From Macrostomum hystrix (taxonomy: Eukaryota > Animalia > Platyhelminthes): a stretch of DNA of 64,000 nt. The stretch spans positions 26,846,001 through 26,910,000 of the forward strand of contig CATNEN010000001.1 in the NCBI GenBank assembly GCA_950097015.1, given 5' to 3'. Below, one piece after another: positions 1-12,200 of the stretch. The position numbers and the translations under genes were made by a program. Within the stretch, counting starts at the first letter, position 1, and the number at the start of each line of letters is the position of its first letter. The notes below the pieces were generated by a model. The model saw only the letters and a program-made list of their open reading frames with translations, was not told where the DNA came from and searched no databases.

Positions 1-72
1 GGGAGGATGGCTGCTCAGCTTGAGGATCTGGGAGGATGGCTGCTCAGTCTGAGGATCTGGGAGGATGACTCA
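1..72. repeat. End of a 29-bp minisatellite (same unit as 1455-1725)
   Basis: gatggctgctcagtctgaggatctgg(g/t)ag units. Confidence 0.8.
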
Positions 73-504
73 GAGCAGCAGTCGGCTTGCAGAGGTAGTA
101 TCAATGAGTTCGCCAGAGGTTAATGAAGTGAAAGCCGAGCAACTATTTTTTCAGGCCAGACGCACAGGAAGTACTTTCTGCTGCACAGAGCTCGGAGGCA
201 TCGAAAGGTTGATTGTTCGCTATTTTTTCAAGATGAAGTCACTTGAGAGGGCCTGTAAAGAAAGACTTTACAGAGGCGGCTTAGAAGTCAGGCTAGAAAA
301 ACACAGGCACCTTTACGATGTTTCGCTTGCTTGGGGCAGCGACTGGCTTGAAGAGCCACTCCGCAATAACACTGGCTGGGTGAATGAGGCATTGTGACAA
401 TGTGGACTCCGTGTAGAATTTTTGACAATTTATTTTTAACTTTTTACCACTCTCACTCTGGCCTGGTTGGAAATTTGTGTTGCAATTCGGGGACAGGGCG
501 TGAC

Positions 505-945
505 AGAGAGGAAGAGGGCAGGGAGAGGGTAGGAGAAGAAGACAGGTAGAGGGCATGAGAAGAAGACAGGTAGAGAGTAGGAGAAGAAGACAGGGGAAGG
601 GTTGGGGAAGAGGATAGGGGAGAGGGTAGGGGACGAAGATACCGGAGAGAGTAGGGGAAGAAGACAATGGGAGAGGGAAGGGGGAGAGGGCAGGAGAAGA
701 AGACAGGTAGAGAGTAGGAGAAGAATACAGGGGAAGGGTTGGGGAAGAAGATAGGGGAGAGGGTAGGGGAAGAAGATAGGGGAGAGGGTAGGGGAAGAAG
801 ATAGGGGAGAGGGAAGGGGAAGAAGATAGGGGAGAGGGTAGGGGAAGAAGATAGGGGAGAGGGTAGGGGAAGAAGATACCGGAGAGAGTAGGGGAAGAAG
901 ACAATGGGAGAGGGAAGGGGGAGAGGGCAGGAAGCAGAAGCACTT
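505..945. repeat. Purine-rich degenerate ~25-bp tandem repeat
   Basis: ggggaagaagataggggagagggta-type units. Confidence 0.8.
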
Positions 946-1454
946 GCAGATGGGAAAAGCAGAATGCTAAGAAGATTAGACGCGCAAAATAAGAAACGAT
1001 GTTTTCGAAGACGATTAGGAAAGTTAGGAAGGCTTGAGAAAGATCAAGGCAAAGGAGGGCAATGAGTAAATAGTAACTGCGGGTGACGTTAACACAAGCA
1101 GCTCAAAAGGAAGTGAATTGCAGAAAATAATGGAAAAATAGGTATCTTCTCAGTCAAGAAAAAAATATCCCAGTAGCTAAGAAAACTAGAAAGACTTCTA
1201 AATTGTTGCTGTAGCAACGCACCTCACTATCAGTTCTATCAAGACTCACAGTCAGACCGTGCCAGCTTGATCAGGTTTCCAGGAATGCTCATAGAAAACT
1301 AAACCAACAAGCACAAGAACGCAATTTTCTCCACTGTTTGACATTTTATGTTTTTCTTTCAACGTTTTTCTTGTGCGAAACTCTGGCATTTTGCTTGTCC
1401 GCTTCCTGAAAACTGACGGGTCTTTTTAAAAGTCAGGAATATACTTTTCAGCAC

Positions 1455-1725
1455 AAGCTGCTCAATCTGAGGATCTGGTAGGATGGCTGCTCAGTCTGAG
1501 GATCTGGTAGGATGGCTGCTCAGTCTGAGGATCTGGTAGGATGGCTGCTCAGTCTGAGGATCTGGGAGGATGGCTGCTCAGTCTGAGGATCTGGGAGGAT
1601 GGCTGCTCAGTCTGAGGATCTGGTAGGATGGCTGCTCAGTCTGAGGATCTGGGAGGATGGCTGCTCAGTCTGAGGATCTGGGAGGATGGCTGCTCAGTCT
1701 GAGGATCTGGTAGGATGGCTGCTCA
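1455..1725. repeat. 29-bp minisatellite
   Basis: gatggctgctcagtctgaggatctgg(t/g)ag, ~9 copies. Confidence 0.9.
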
Positions 1726-2244
1726 AGCTATTGAGACTATCATGAGATCGCTATTAGTTTATAAAAAGAGAGAGGAATTCTGAAGCAGAAATTAATCAAG
1801 CCAGCCAGTCACCCTGAAACAATGGCAGTGTTTTGGAAATCAGAGTAATTAGACTGTGGCTCTATCTGAATAGCCAGCAGCCAGACGGTCACGAACGGAA
1901 GACTAAATAGAAAAATTCACACAATCGGGAAGCCGTCTTCGAATTGGACTGCATTTTGGCTAATTTAACAGTCGTTATCAAAGAATGCCTGATAAGAAAG
2001 CAAGCGTGATAAGAACAATGCTGTGCAAACTTATGCGAGAATGAGCTGACAAAGAAATCCTGCGAGCTTAATTTCATATTTGGCATTGATGATGAAGCTT
2101 TTATCCTAATTAAACTGGTTCTAATTAATTCCTAAAAGAATGACGCTCAATCTCAATACCTTTCTGGGTCGGATTGTATCAGAGCACGGACTGGAAAAAT
2201 CCAACATCAGAATACAATACGGAAAATTTATAGTCTGATATATT

Positions 2245-3237
2245 ATACCTGATATCTAACACCTGATAACTAACACCTCATATCTAACACCTGATATCTA
2301 ATACCTTATATCTAACACCTGATACCTAACACCTGATATCTAACACCTTATATCTAACACCTTATATCTAACACCTCATATTTAACACCTGATATCTAAC
2401 ACCTGATATCTAACACCTTATATCTAACACCTGATATCTAACACCTGATATCTAACACCTAATATCTAACACCTGATATCTAACACCTTATATCTAACAC
2501 CTGATATCTAACACCTGATATCTAACACCTTATATCTAACACCTTATATCTAACACCTTATATCTAACACCTTATATCTAACACCTTATATCTAAAACCT
2601 GATATCTAACACCTGATATCTAACACCTTATATCTAACACCTTATATCTAACACCTTATATCTAACACCTGATATCTAACACCTGATATCTAACACCTTA
2701 TATCTAACACCTTACATCTAACACCTCATATCTAACACCTGATATCTAACACCTCATATCTAACACCTGATATCTAACACCTCATATCTAACACCTGATA
2801 TCTAACACCTGATATCTAACACCTGATATCTAACACCTGATATCTAACACCTGATATCTAACACCTTATATCTAACACCTTACATCTAACACCTCATATC
2901 TAACACCTGATATCTAACACCTCATATCTAACACCTGATATCTAACACCTCATATCTAACACCTGATATCTAACACCTGATATCTAACACCTAAATATCT
3001 AACACCTGATATCTAACACCTTATATCTAACACCTTACATCTAACACCTCATATCTAACACCTGATATCTAACACCTCATATCTAACACCTGATATCTAA
3101 CACCTCATATCTAACACCTGATATCTAACACCTCATATCTAACACCTGATATCTAACACCTGATATCTAACACCTCATATCTAACACCTGATATCTAACA
3201 CCTCATATCTAACACCTGATATCTAACACCTGATATC
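2245..3237. repeat. 14-bp minisatellite
   Basis: tatctaacacct(g/t/c)a. Confidence 0.95.
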
Positions 3238-3268
3238 CAAGTCAAAAAATCCCAGTCAGCTTACTCAC

Positions 3269-6200
3269 CTTCAACATTGGCATCTGTGGTCAGGGAGGAA
3301 TCCAAATAGGACGGTGTAAAGAACTCGGCCAGCTCCTTGAGGTAGCCCATATCAACGCACAGGTAAACGCTGGCCAGGATGATGTCGCACTGCTGATTGC
3401 CGTCAGCTTCCGAGGTGAGGGTGAGCAGCATGAGCGGGGGTCCGGTTGAGGCCGGAGTATTGGCGGTGCTGGACTTGTGACTGTTGCGCTTGTGAAGAAT
3501 TCTAAAATTTACGACAGGTGAAAAATAAACAGATTTATAGGTGAATTTGAAACAAGAGATCAGAGATGTTAAAATATAGTGCTTAGACATTAGAATATTT
3601 AAATCAATTTTAAATCAATCAACATGTACTTTGGATTGATATATAAGATATCCCTAGATCTGTGGATCCCTAGATCTGTAAATCCCTAGATCTGTAGATC
3701 CCTACACCTGTAGATCCCTAGATCTGTAGATCCCTAGATCTGTAGATCCCTAGATCTGTAGATCCCTAGATCTGTAGATCCCTAGATCTGTAGATCCCTA
3801 GATCTGTAGATCCCTAGATCTGTAGATCCCTAGATCTGTAGATCCCTAGATCTGTAGATCCCTAGATCTGTAGATCCCTAGATCTGTAGATCCCTAGATC
3901 TGTAGATCCCTAGATCTGTAGATCCCTAGATCTGTAGATCCCTAGATCTGTAGATCCCTAGATAATAAATATTGTCGATTATGGACAAAATCAAAAGATA
4001 TTGGTATTTATGATCACAAAACGATGGATGTTGATGTGTTGTCTAATTTAGAATTAAAATTACATTAACTAAGTATATGAAATATGATTCATATATGACG
4101 TTTTATTAAATAATAAAATATTTCACCAACCTCCATTTCACCAACAAAAGCTATGCAACCAATGTCCACAGCTAACCTAGAAGCAACAAAGCAACTCACC
4201 CGTCTCGCCTGGAATCGAATTCAACTATCAATTAATTTTTTATCTATTATGTTTTTATTTATAGAATTAACTAAACCAACAGCTATACTAATATCGTCAT
4301 TTTGAATTACTATTTCTAAAACTAACACCTTGCGCTCATGCGTTAAAAGTTTTATTTATAAAAATTATGACTATACTACTATGAGGAGTAAGGTTTGGTA
4401 GTAGTATCTGTAGACTAGAACACTCATGCTTGAGTTGACCTGCTTGGCTTATACAATACAAGTCAGAAAAACCGCTAAACCCTATAACAAAAAATAAATA
4501 TAACGGACTTGTTAAACAAGCAAATAAGAAACAACTGTTAAAGCTGACTAAAAGCAAATGAGAAACCAAGTTTAGTCAAGCAAAACTATTGTTTAAACAG
4601 TTAGCGACATGCTCAAGAGTAAATTAGCAAATAAGTGCATCAGATTTCACCTACCTCATGATCACTCCGCTAAGCGATAAAAGCATTAGAAATGCAGGTT
4701 GGTGATTTTACAGTTTCGCAACGAAAGTAAGGCGCACTCTGATTTAAATAAAACTAACGTTAAAACTGCCGTGATTTCATTGGCTAAGAAAGTGCAAGTA
4801 ATATGCGAGCAATTGGCTAAAATATCAAAGCATTTCAAGTCACTTTGTAGTAATAAAGGTACCTTAGATAGAAATTGAGAACATGGATTCCTCTTTGAGG
4901 TTGGGATGTGGGATTCTTAAAGAATAGGATCTAGGATTCCTCACGGATAGTATCTTCTGGGACTCTACAAGAATGGGATCTAGGATTCTACAAGGATGGG
5001 ATCTAGGATTCTACAAGGATGGGATCTAGGATTCTATAAGGATGGGATCTAGGATTCTACAAGGATAGGATCTAGGATTCTACAAGGATGGGATCTAGGA
5101 TTCTACAAAGATGGGATCTAGGATTCTATAAGGAGGGGATCTAGGATTCTACAAGGATAGGATCTAGGATTCTACAAGGATGGGATCTAGGATTCTACAA
5201 GGATGGGATCTAGGATTCTACAAGGATGGGATCTAGGATTTTTTAAGGATGAGATCTAGGATTCTACAAGGATGGGATCTAGGATTTTACAAGGATGGGG
5301 TCTAGGATTGTACAAGGATGGGATCTAGTATTGTAAAAGGATGGGATCGGGGATACTACAAGGTTGGGATCTAGGATTCTACAAGGATGGAATCTAGGAT
5401 TCTACAAGGATGGAATCTAGGATTCTACAAGGATGGAATCTAGGATTGTACAAGGATGGAATCTAGGATTCTACAAGGATGGGATCTAGGATTCTACAAG
5501 GATGGGATCTAGGATTCTACAAGGATGGGATCTAGGATTGTAAAAGGATGGGATCTTGGATTCTTAAATTATTGGATCTGGGATTGTAAAAGGACTTAAA
5601 TTGGACAGAAAATAGGGATTCAACAAAATCAGTTCACAATAGAGAGGACCGTTAATTAATATTCGACACATTCACACTCAGCGATGGCCTGTTAAAAAAA
5701 GCAAGTTTTAGAAAGTGGCGCCACCAACCTGTTGATTTTCTGCTGAGCACCCGGCCTCTTGTCCATGAGTTTGAGATCGCTGACCTGCAGCAGTAGGCGG
5801 GTGATGCCGTTAGACATGAGGTGGCCGCCAAGCAGGAGCTGGTGAATCTTAGTTTTGCCCAGGGCCATTTTGCTCGCCCCGTCCGTCTCGTCATTGAATA
5901 GCGCCAGCGAGATGCCCTCGATGCGGAACTGGAAGTTGACGGTGCACACCAGATCGGAGGCGGCCCCCATGTCAGCGTCCGGGTCAGAATTCGTGGCCAC
6001 ATCGGCGGACACAAGAACCGGCTTCTGCGGCAGCTTGGGAGTTATCAACGGCCGAATTGGCATCTCTGTGCCGCGGGAAACATACGACTTCTTCAGGGCG
6101 GTGTCAGCCGACAGCTCTCTCTGCTTGGCTTGGCCCTCCTCCAGGTTTTTTACGAAGATGCCAACCAGAGCGTGATAGTCGGCCTTGGCCAGGTGCAGCT

Positions 6201-9200
6201 CGATACGCTGAATGCAGCCGTCCACAGACAGTGTGGGCAGGTCCACCCGGTGCCGGCTGAAGTGCCTGCGGAGATGGGCCTTCAGCTGGAACGGCTTCAT
6301 TACCTGTGCCTCGTCGCTGCTGGTGAGCTGAGAACGAACGCGGGATTTAAGATTGGTATTAAGGGATTAAAAACTTTTCTCAATGCAAACGACTTATGGA
6401 ATCAGATGGGATTCTGATTGGTTTTATGGGATTAGATGGGATTCTGATTTGTTTTATGGGATTAGATGGGATTCTTAATAGCTTTATGGGATCAGATGGG
6501 ATTCTGATTGGTTTTATGGGATTCTTAATAGCTTTCTGGGATCAGATGGGATTTTGATTGGATCTATGGGATCAGATGGGATTTTGATTGGCTCTATGGG
6601 ATCAGATGGGATTTTGATTGGATCTATGGGATCAGATGGGATTTTGATTGGCTCTATGGGATCAGATGGGATTTTGATTGGCTCTATGGGATCAGATGGG
6701 ATTTTGATTTGATCTATGGGATCAGATGGGATTTTGATTTGATCTATGGGATCAGATGGGATTTTTGATTGGCTCTATGGGATCAGATGGGATTTTGATT
6801 GGATCTATGGGATCAGATGGGATTTTGATTGGCTCTATGGGATCAGATGGGATTTTGATTGGCTCTATGGGATCAGATGGGATTTTGATTGGATCTATGG
6901 GATCAGATGGGATTTTGATTGGATCTATGGGATCAGATGGGATTTTGATTGGCTCTATGGGATCAGATGGGATTTTGATTGGCTCTATGGGATCAGATGG
7001 GATTTTGATTGGATCTATGGGATCAGATGGGATTTTGATTGGATCTATGGGATCAGATGGGATTTTGATTGGCTCTATGGGATCAGATGGGATTTTGATG
7101 GGCTCTATGGGATCAGATGGGATTTTGATGGGCTCTATGGGATTAGATGGGATTCTGATTGGTTTTATGGGATCAAAGGGAATTCTTAATAGTTCTATGG
7201 GATCCGATAGTATAGTGATTAGGTTGAAAGTGAGAGGAAGTAATTTTCTCACCTGGTCGCTATTGGCTTCCTTTTCAACAATGCAGCGCATCACCTTAAC
7301 ATCGAACAGTTCGATCTGCATATCCTCCATGTCAACTCCGCTCAGCTCAAGGTCACTGATTACCCCTAAGAGTCTGCAGGTTTTCCACTGCTTGAGGAAG
7401 CGCACAGAGTCCCGGCTGATGGGCAGCGCCTCATTGCCGTTGAGAACGGCCTCATCAACCGAGGCGGCCCGAGTGAACTTGTTGTAGACCCGAATGCAGC
7501 CCAGGTCGGCCCACAGCACAGTGCGCGACTTGCTGGATTGCGGAATCAGCACCACAGGCGCTTGGATCTCCACATCCATGCGCACCTTCAGGTTGCTGGA
7601 CTGCACGGCCTGGGAGCGGAAATGCGGGAAATAAACCATATAGGTCTATGATATAGGTCATTCTATGATATAGGTCATTCTATGATATAGGTCATTCTAT
7701 GATATACGAGCTAGGTCATTCTATGATATAGGTCATTCTATGATATAGGTCATTCTATGATATACGAGCTAGGTCATTCTATGATATAGGTCATTCTATG
7801 ATATAGGTCATTCTATGATATAGGTCATTCTATGATATAGGTCATTCTATGATATAGGTCATTCTATGATATAGGTCATTCTATGATATAGGTCATTCTA
7901 TGATATAGGTCATTCTATGATATAGGTCATTCTATGATATAGGTCATTCTATGATATAGGTCATTCTATGATATAGGTCATTCGATGATATAGGTCATTC
8001 TATGATTAAGGTCACTCTATGATATAGGTAACTCAATGAAAGAGGTCATTCTATGATATAGGTCATTCGATGATATAGGTCATTCTATGATATAGGTCAT
8101 TCTATGATTAAGGTCACTCTATGATATAGGTAACTCAATGAAAGAGGTCATTCTATGATATAGGTCATTCTATGATTTTTTGGGATTCTTATTAGTTCTA
8201 TGGGATTGGTCTTTTACGGGAATATGTCAATCTCTATAGTCATTCTATTGTCTGTTATAGCTGTTTGATTATTTTATGCACTGTCATAATACTGATATTA
8301 ATACTTCTACAAAAGAAAAAACTCATAAAAATGAAAAGTTACGATCACCAGAAAACTCCAAGCAAAAAATATGCAAATCCTACTGTCAGTAAGCAGTAAA
8401 GTAAATGGTAATGGTGCAATTCCGACATGCCCAGATAAGTTCAATTTCAAAAATAAAAATTAAACGAGAAAGAAAAAAAAACAACTAAGCAAAACTCTCG
8501 CACGATTTTCAACTCTTCCAACTCGGCCCCCGGAACAGACAGCAACATTCCGTGAAAATCCCCGACTAGGCTCGGAAGATTTGCTCTGCCGCTGGCAGCG
8601 CCAAGTAGCTAAGGTGGCATTATTTTCAAATGATTGGTCAATACTGACTGAGTACATTGAGTGGAGGCGGTGATTGGTTAATGAGGCCTGTGTACATTCA
8701 CTTGAAGCCGTGATTGGTTTAAGACGCCTGTGTACATTCACTTGAAGCTGTGGTTGGTTTAAGATGCCTGTGTACATTCACTTGAAGCTGTGATTGGTTT
8801 AAGACGCCTGTGTAAATTGACTGAAGCTGTGATTGGTTAATGAGGCCTGTGCACATTCATTTGAAGCTGTGATTGGCTAATGAGGCCTGTGTACATTGAC
8901 TTCAAGCTGTGATTGGTTAATGAGGCCAGTTTACATTGACTCGAAGCTGTGATTGGTGAATGTAACATGTGTACATTCGGATATTTTGAAGGCCTAAATG
9001 TTAATATATATGAAGGCTGCAGTTAACAGTAATATGAATAGCGCATGACAACTAAAAAATGCAGCACAAAGACAGCTAGTAACAAATACTTCACCGACCT
9101 TCTCCTTGGCAGACTGGGTCAGCTTCTGCGCTCCTTCGGCAATCTGGGTCTTCGCAGCTTGAAACGAGTCGAAGAAGTGCTAAAAATGAAAGATAATAAA

Positions 9201-12200
9201 CAGCATTGAGTAGTTGAGCTCGAGTTGAGCCGCCAATATTCAAGCAGTGGATGGGCAAAGCTTACCAGCATCTGCACCACAAAGCTATGCAAGACGACAC
9301 AGTTAATCTTAGCCAGCTTGACTTTCACAGCCATGTCAACGCAGTCGCTGTTTATCTGTACGGCCGGGCGGGGCAGATTAAAGACCGTCAGGTTCAGCTC
9401 AAACACCTGCTTCTGGCTGACCCAGATCACAGTGTCGTACAGCTCGCCGCATAGCGATGTGGTGACCTCCAGCTTCTGCAGCGCCACATTCAGGCTAGTT
9501 GTTGGCTTAGTCATCTCGGCGCCGACGCTGAGGCCGCGAACATGGGCCCGCATGATCTCCTTGCCAACCTGGCAGACAAACAGCTGCACAGCGGCGCAGT
9601 TCACTGTGCACTGTAGATCGACCAGTTCAGCGCTGGCTTCGTGGCCAGCGGAGCCAACCGCTGGAGTTTCTGCCAATGAATGACCGGAGCTGCTGAGCTT
9701 GGACTGCGAAGATGAGATACCGTTGGATCTGGGCGGCTCCTGGAAGACAAGGCGGGATGATTGATAAGATGATAGATGATAGCGGCGCATTCAAAAGCTT
9801 TGTACAGATTTTGAGTCCATGGACTGGGGACTACCCACATACTCGTTCCTTTTAGGCCGAGATACGAACTCTTGACCTCCCAGTTAGGAGTCAGAAACTC
9901 GAAGCACAGGGCTGCAACCTCCTTAATTGGTAAATCTTATTCCATCATTGCACTCGTAATTCCTTAAACATGATTTTCCAAACCTACCGGCTACCAAAAC
10001 CTACCGGCTACCAAAACCTACCGGCTACCAAAACCTACAGGCTACCAAAACCTACCGGCTACCAAAACCTACCGGCTACCAAAACCTACAGGCTACCAAA
10101 ACCTACCGGCTACCAAAACCTACCGGCTACCAAAACCTACCGGCTACCAAAACCTACCGGCTACCAAAACCTACCGGCTACCAAAACCTACCGGCTACCA
10201 AAACCTACCGGCTACCAAAACCTACAGGCTACCAAAACCTACCGGCTACCAAAACCTACCGGCTACCAAAACCTACCGGCTACCAAATCTACCAATTACC
10301 AAATCTACCAATTACCAAATCTACCAATTACCAAATCTACCAATTACCAAATCTACCAATTACCAAATCTACCAATTACCAAATCCACCAATTCTAAAAT
10401 CTATAAATTCCCAAATCTACCAATTTCCAAAGCTACCAATTCTAAAATCTATAAATTCCCAAATCTACCAATTTCCAAATCCACCAATTCTAAAATCTAT
10501 AAATTCCCAAATCTACCAATTCCCAAATCCACCAATTCTAAAATCTATAAATTCCCAAATCTACAAACCCTCAAATCTACAAATTCCCAAATCTCCTAAT
10601 TACTAAATCTAGCAGTCTCCCAATTCCCAGAAAAGCCGACCAACTCCCAGCATACCGACGGCCTATTTGCCGCGCTCTCTTCAACCGTGAGGCTTTCAAT
10701 TAAAGGCTGCAATGTCTGCGCGAACTGCAGGACGTCCAGCAGGCTCTCCTTGTGCATCTTGACCTTCACCGTCTGCAAATCAACGTCCAGACGCTGCAGA
10801 ACGCCACCGAAATCGCTGAACAGATAGGGAGAATTTCTCTCCACAATGGTGTACTCCAGATGTACCAGATGCCGGCCTTCTTCATGGCTGTCAGTTCCGT
10901 CAGCAGCCGAGTAGGCCAGCTCGCTGGCGATGAACTCCAGCGGCTGGCTAGAGTCGTGCAGATCGCGAAACTCGTGATGCAGCAGAGCCACGGAGTCCAG
11001 GCGGAACCTGACGCTCAGGTCGAATGTTTTCTTAGCAAGCATTAGCGACATGTGCGTCGCTCGGAACTCCAGGAACTGGGCGGCTCCGACGGCTTTGGTG
11101 AGCGAAATCGACGCCGAACAGATCTCGAACTGCATCTCAACCTCGATGACATTGTAGACCTTCTTTGTGCGAGATGAGCCTCTCTGCTGCTGCTTGCGCA
11201 GTTTGGAGACTTCTGTCGCCTGGCTACTGTCTGATGAAGACAGGACCAAGATGCTGCCCTGGCCTCCGCTGAACGAGGACTGGGTCTCCAAGGCATCCTA
11301 AAATAAATGAATGCAGCTACAAAAATGTTCACCAGGAACCAACTCAATGTACACATGAACTAGCCGATCGATAAACAACTCAATGCACACATGAACTAGC
11401 CGATCGATAACCAACTCAATGTACACATGAACTAGCCGATCAATAACCAACTCAATGTACACATGAACTAGGCGATCGATAACCAACTAATGTACACATG
11501 AACTAGCCGATCGATAACCAACTCAATGTACACATGAACTAGCCGATCAATAACCAACTCAATGTACACATGAACTAGGCGATCGATAAACAACTAATGT
11601 ACACATGAACTAGCCGATCAATAACCAACTCAATGTACACATGAACTGGCCGATCGATAACCAACTCAATGTACACATGAACTAGCCGATCGATAAACAA
11701 CTCAATGTACACATGAACTAGCCGATCGATAACCAACTCAATGTACACATGAACTAGCCGATCAATAACCAACTCAATGTACACATGAACTAGGCGATCG
11801 ATAACCAACTAATGTACACATGAACTAGCCGATCGATAACCAACTCAATGTACACATGAACTAGCCGATCAATAACCAACTCAATGTACACATGAACTAG
11901 GCGATCGATAACCAACTAATGTACACATGAACTAGCCGATCGATAACCAACTCAATGTACACATGAACTAGCCGATCGGTAACCAACTCAATGTACAAAT
12001 GAACTTGCTTCCTAAAAAGCACAAATAAAACCGTACCTCAAAATTATCGTCCTCATCTTCAGACAAGACATTGGCCGCCAGGTCCAGTCCATCCGATGGT
12101 CGGTTTTTCGGATCGAGCACGTCGGGCATTCTGGCGCCGGTGAACACCTGTGGCGAGGAGCTGAAAGCCGCGGTCTGGCTGGATGTCGTCAGCCTGGCGG

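Noticed and set aside
1455-12003. 29-40-bp arrays that could be mistaken for CRISPR
   Set aside because: Head-to-tail units with no unique spacers, no cas genes, eukaryotic context
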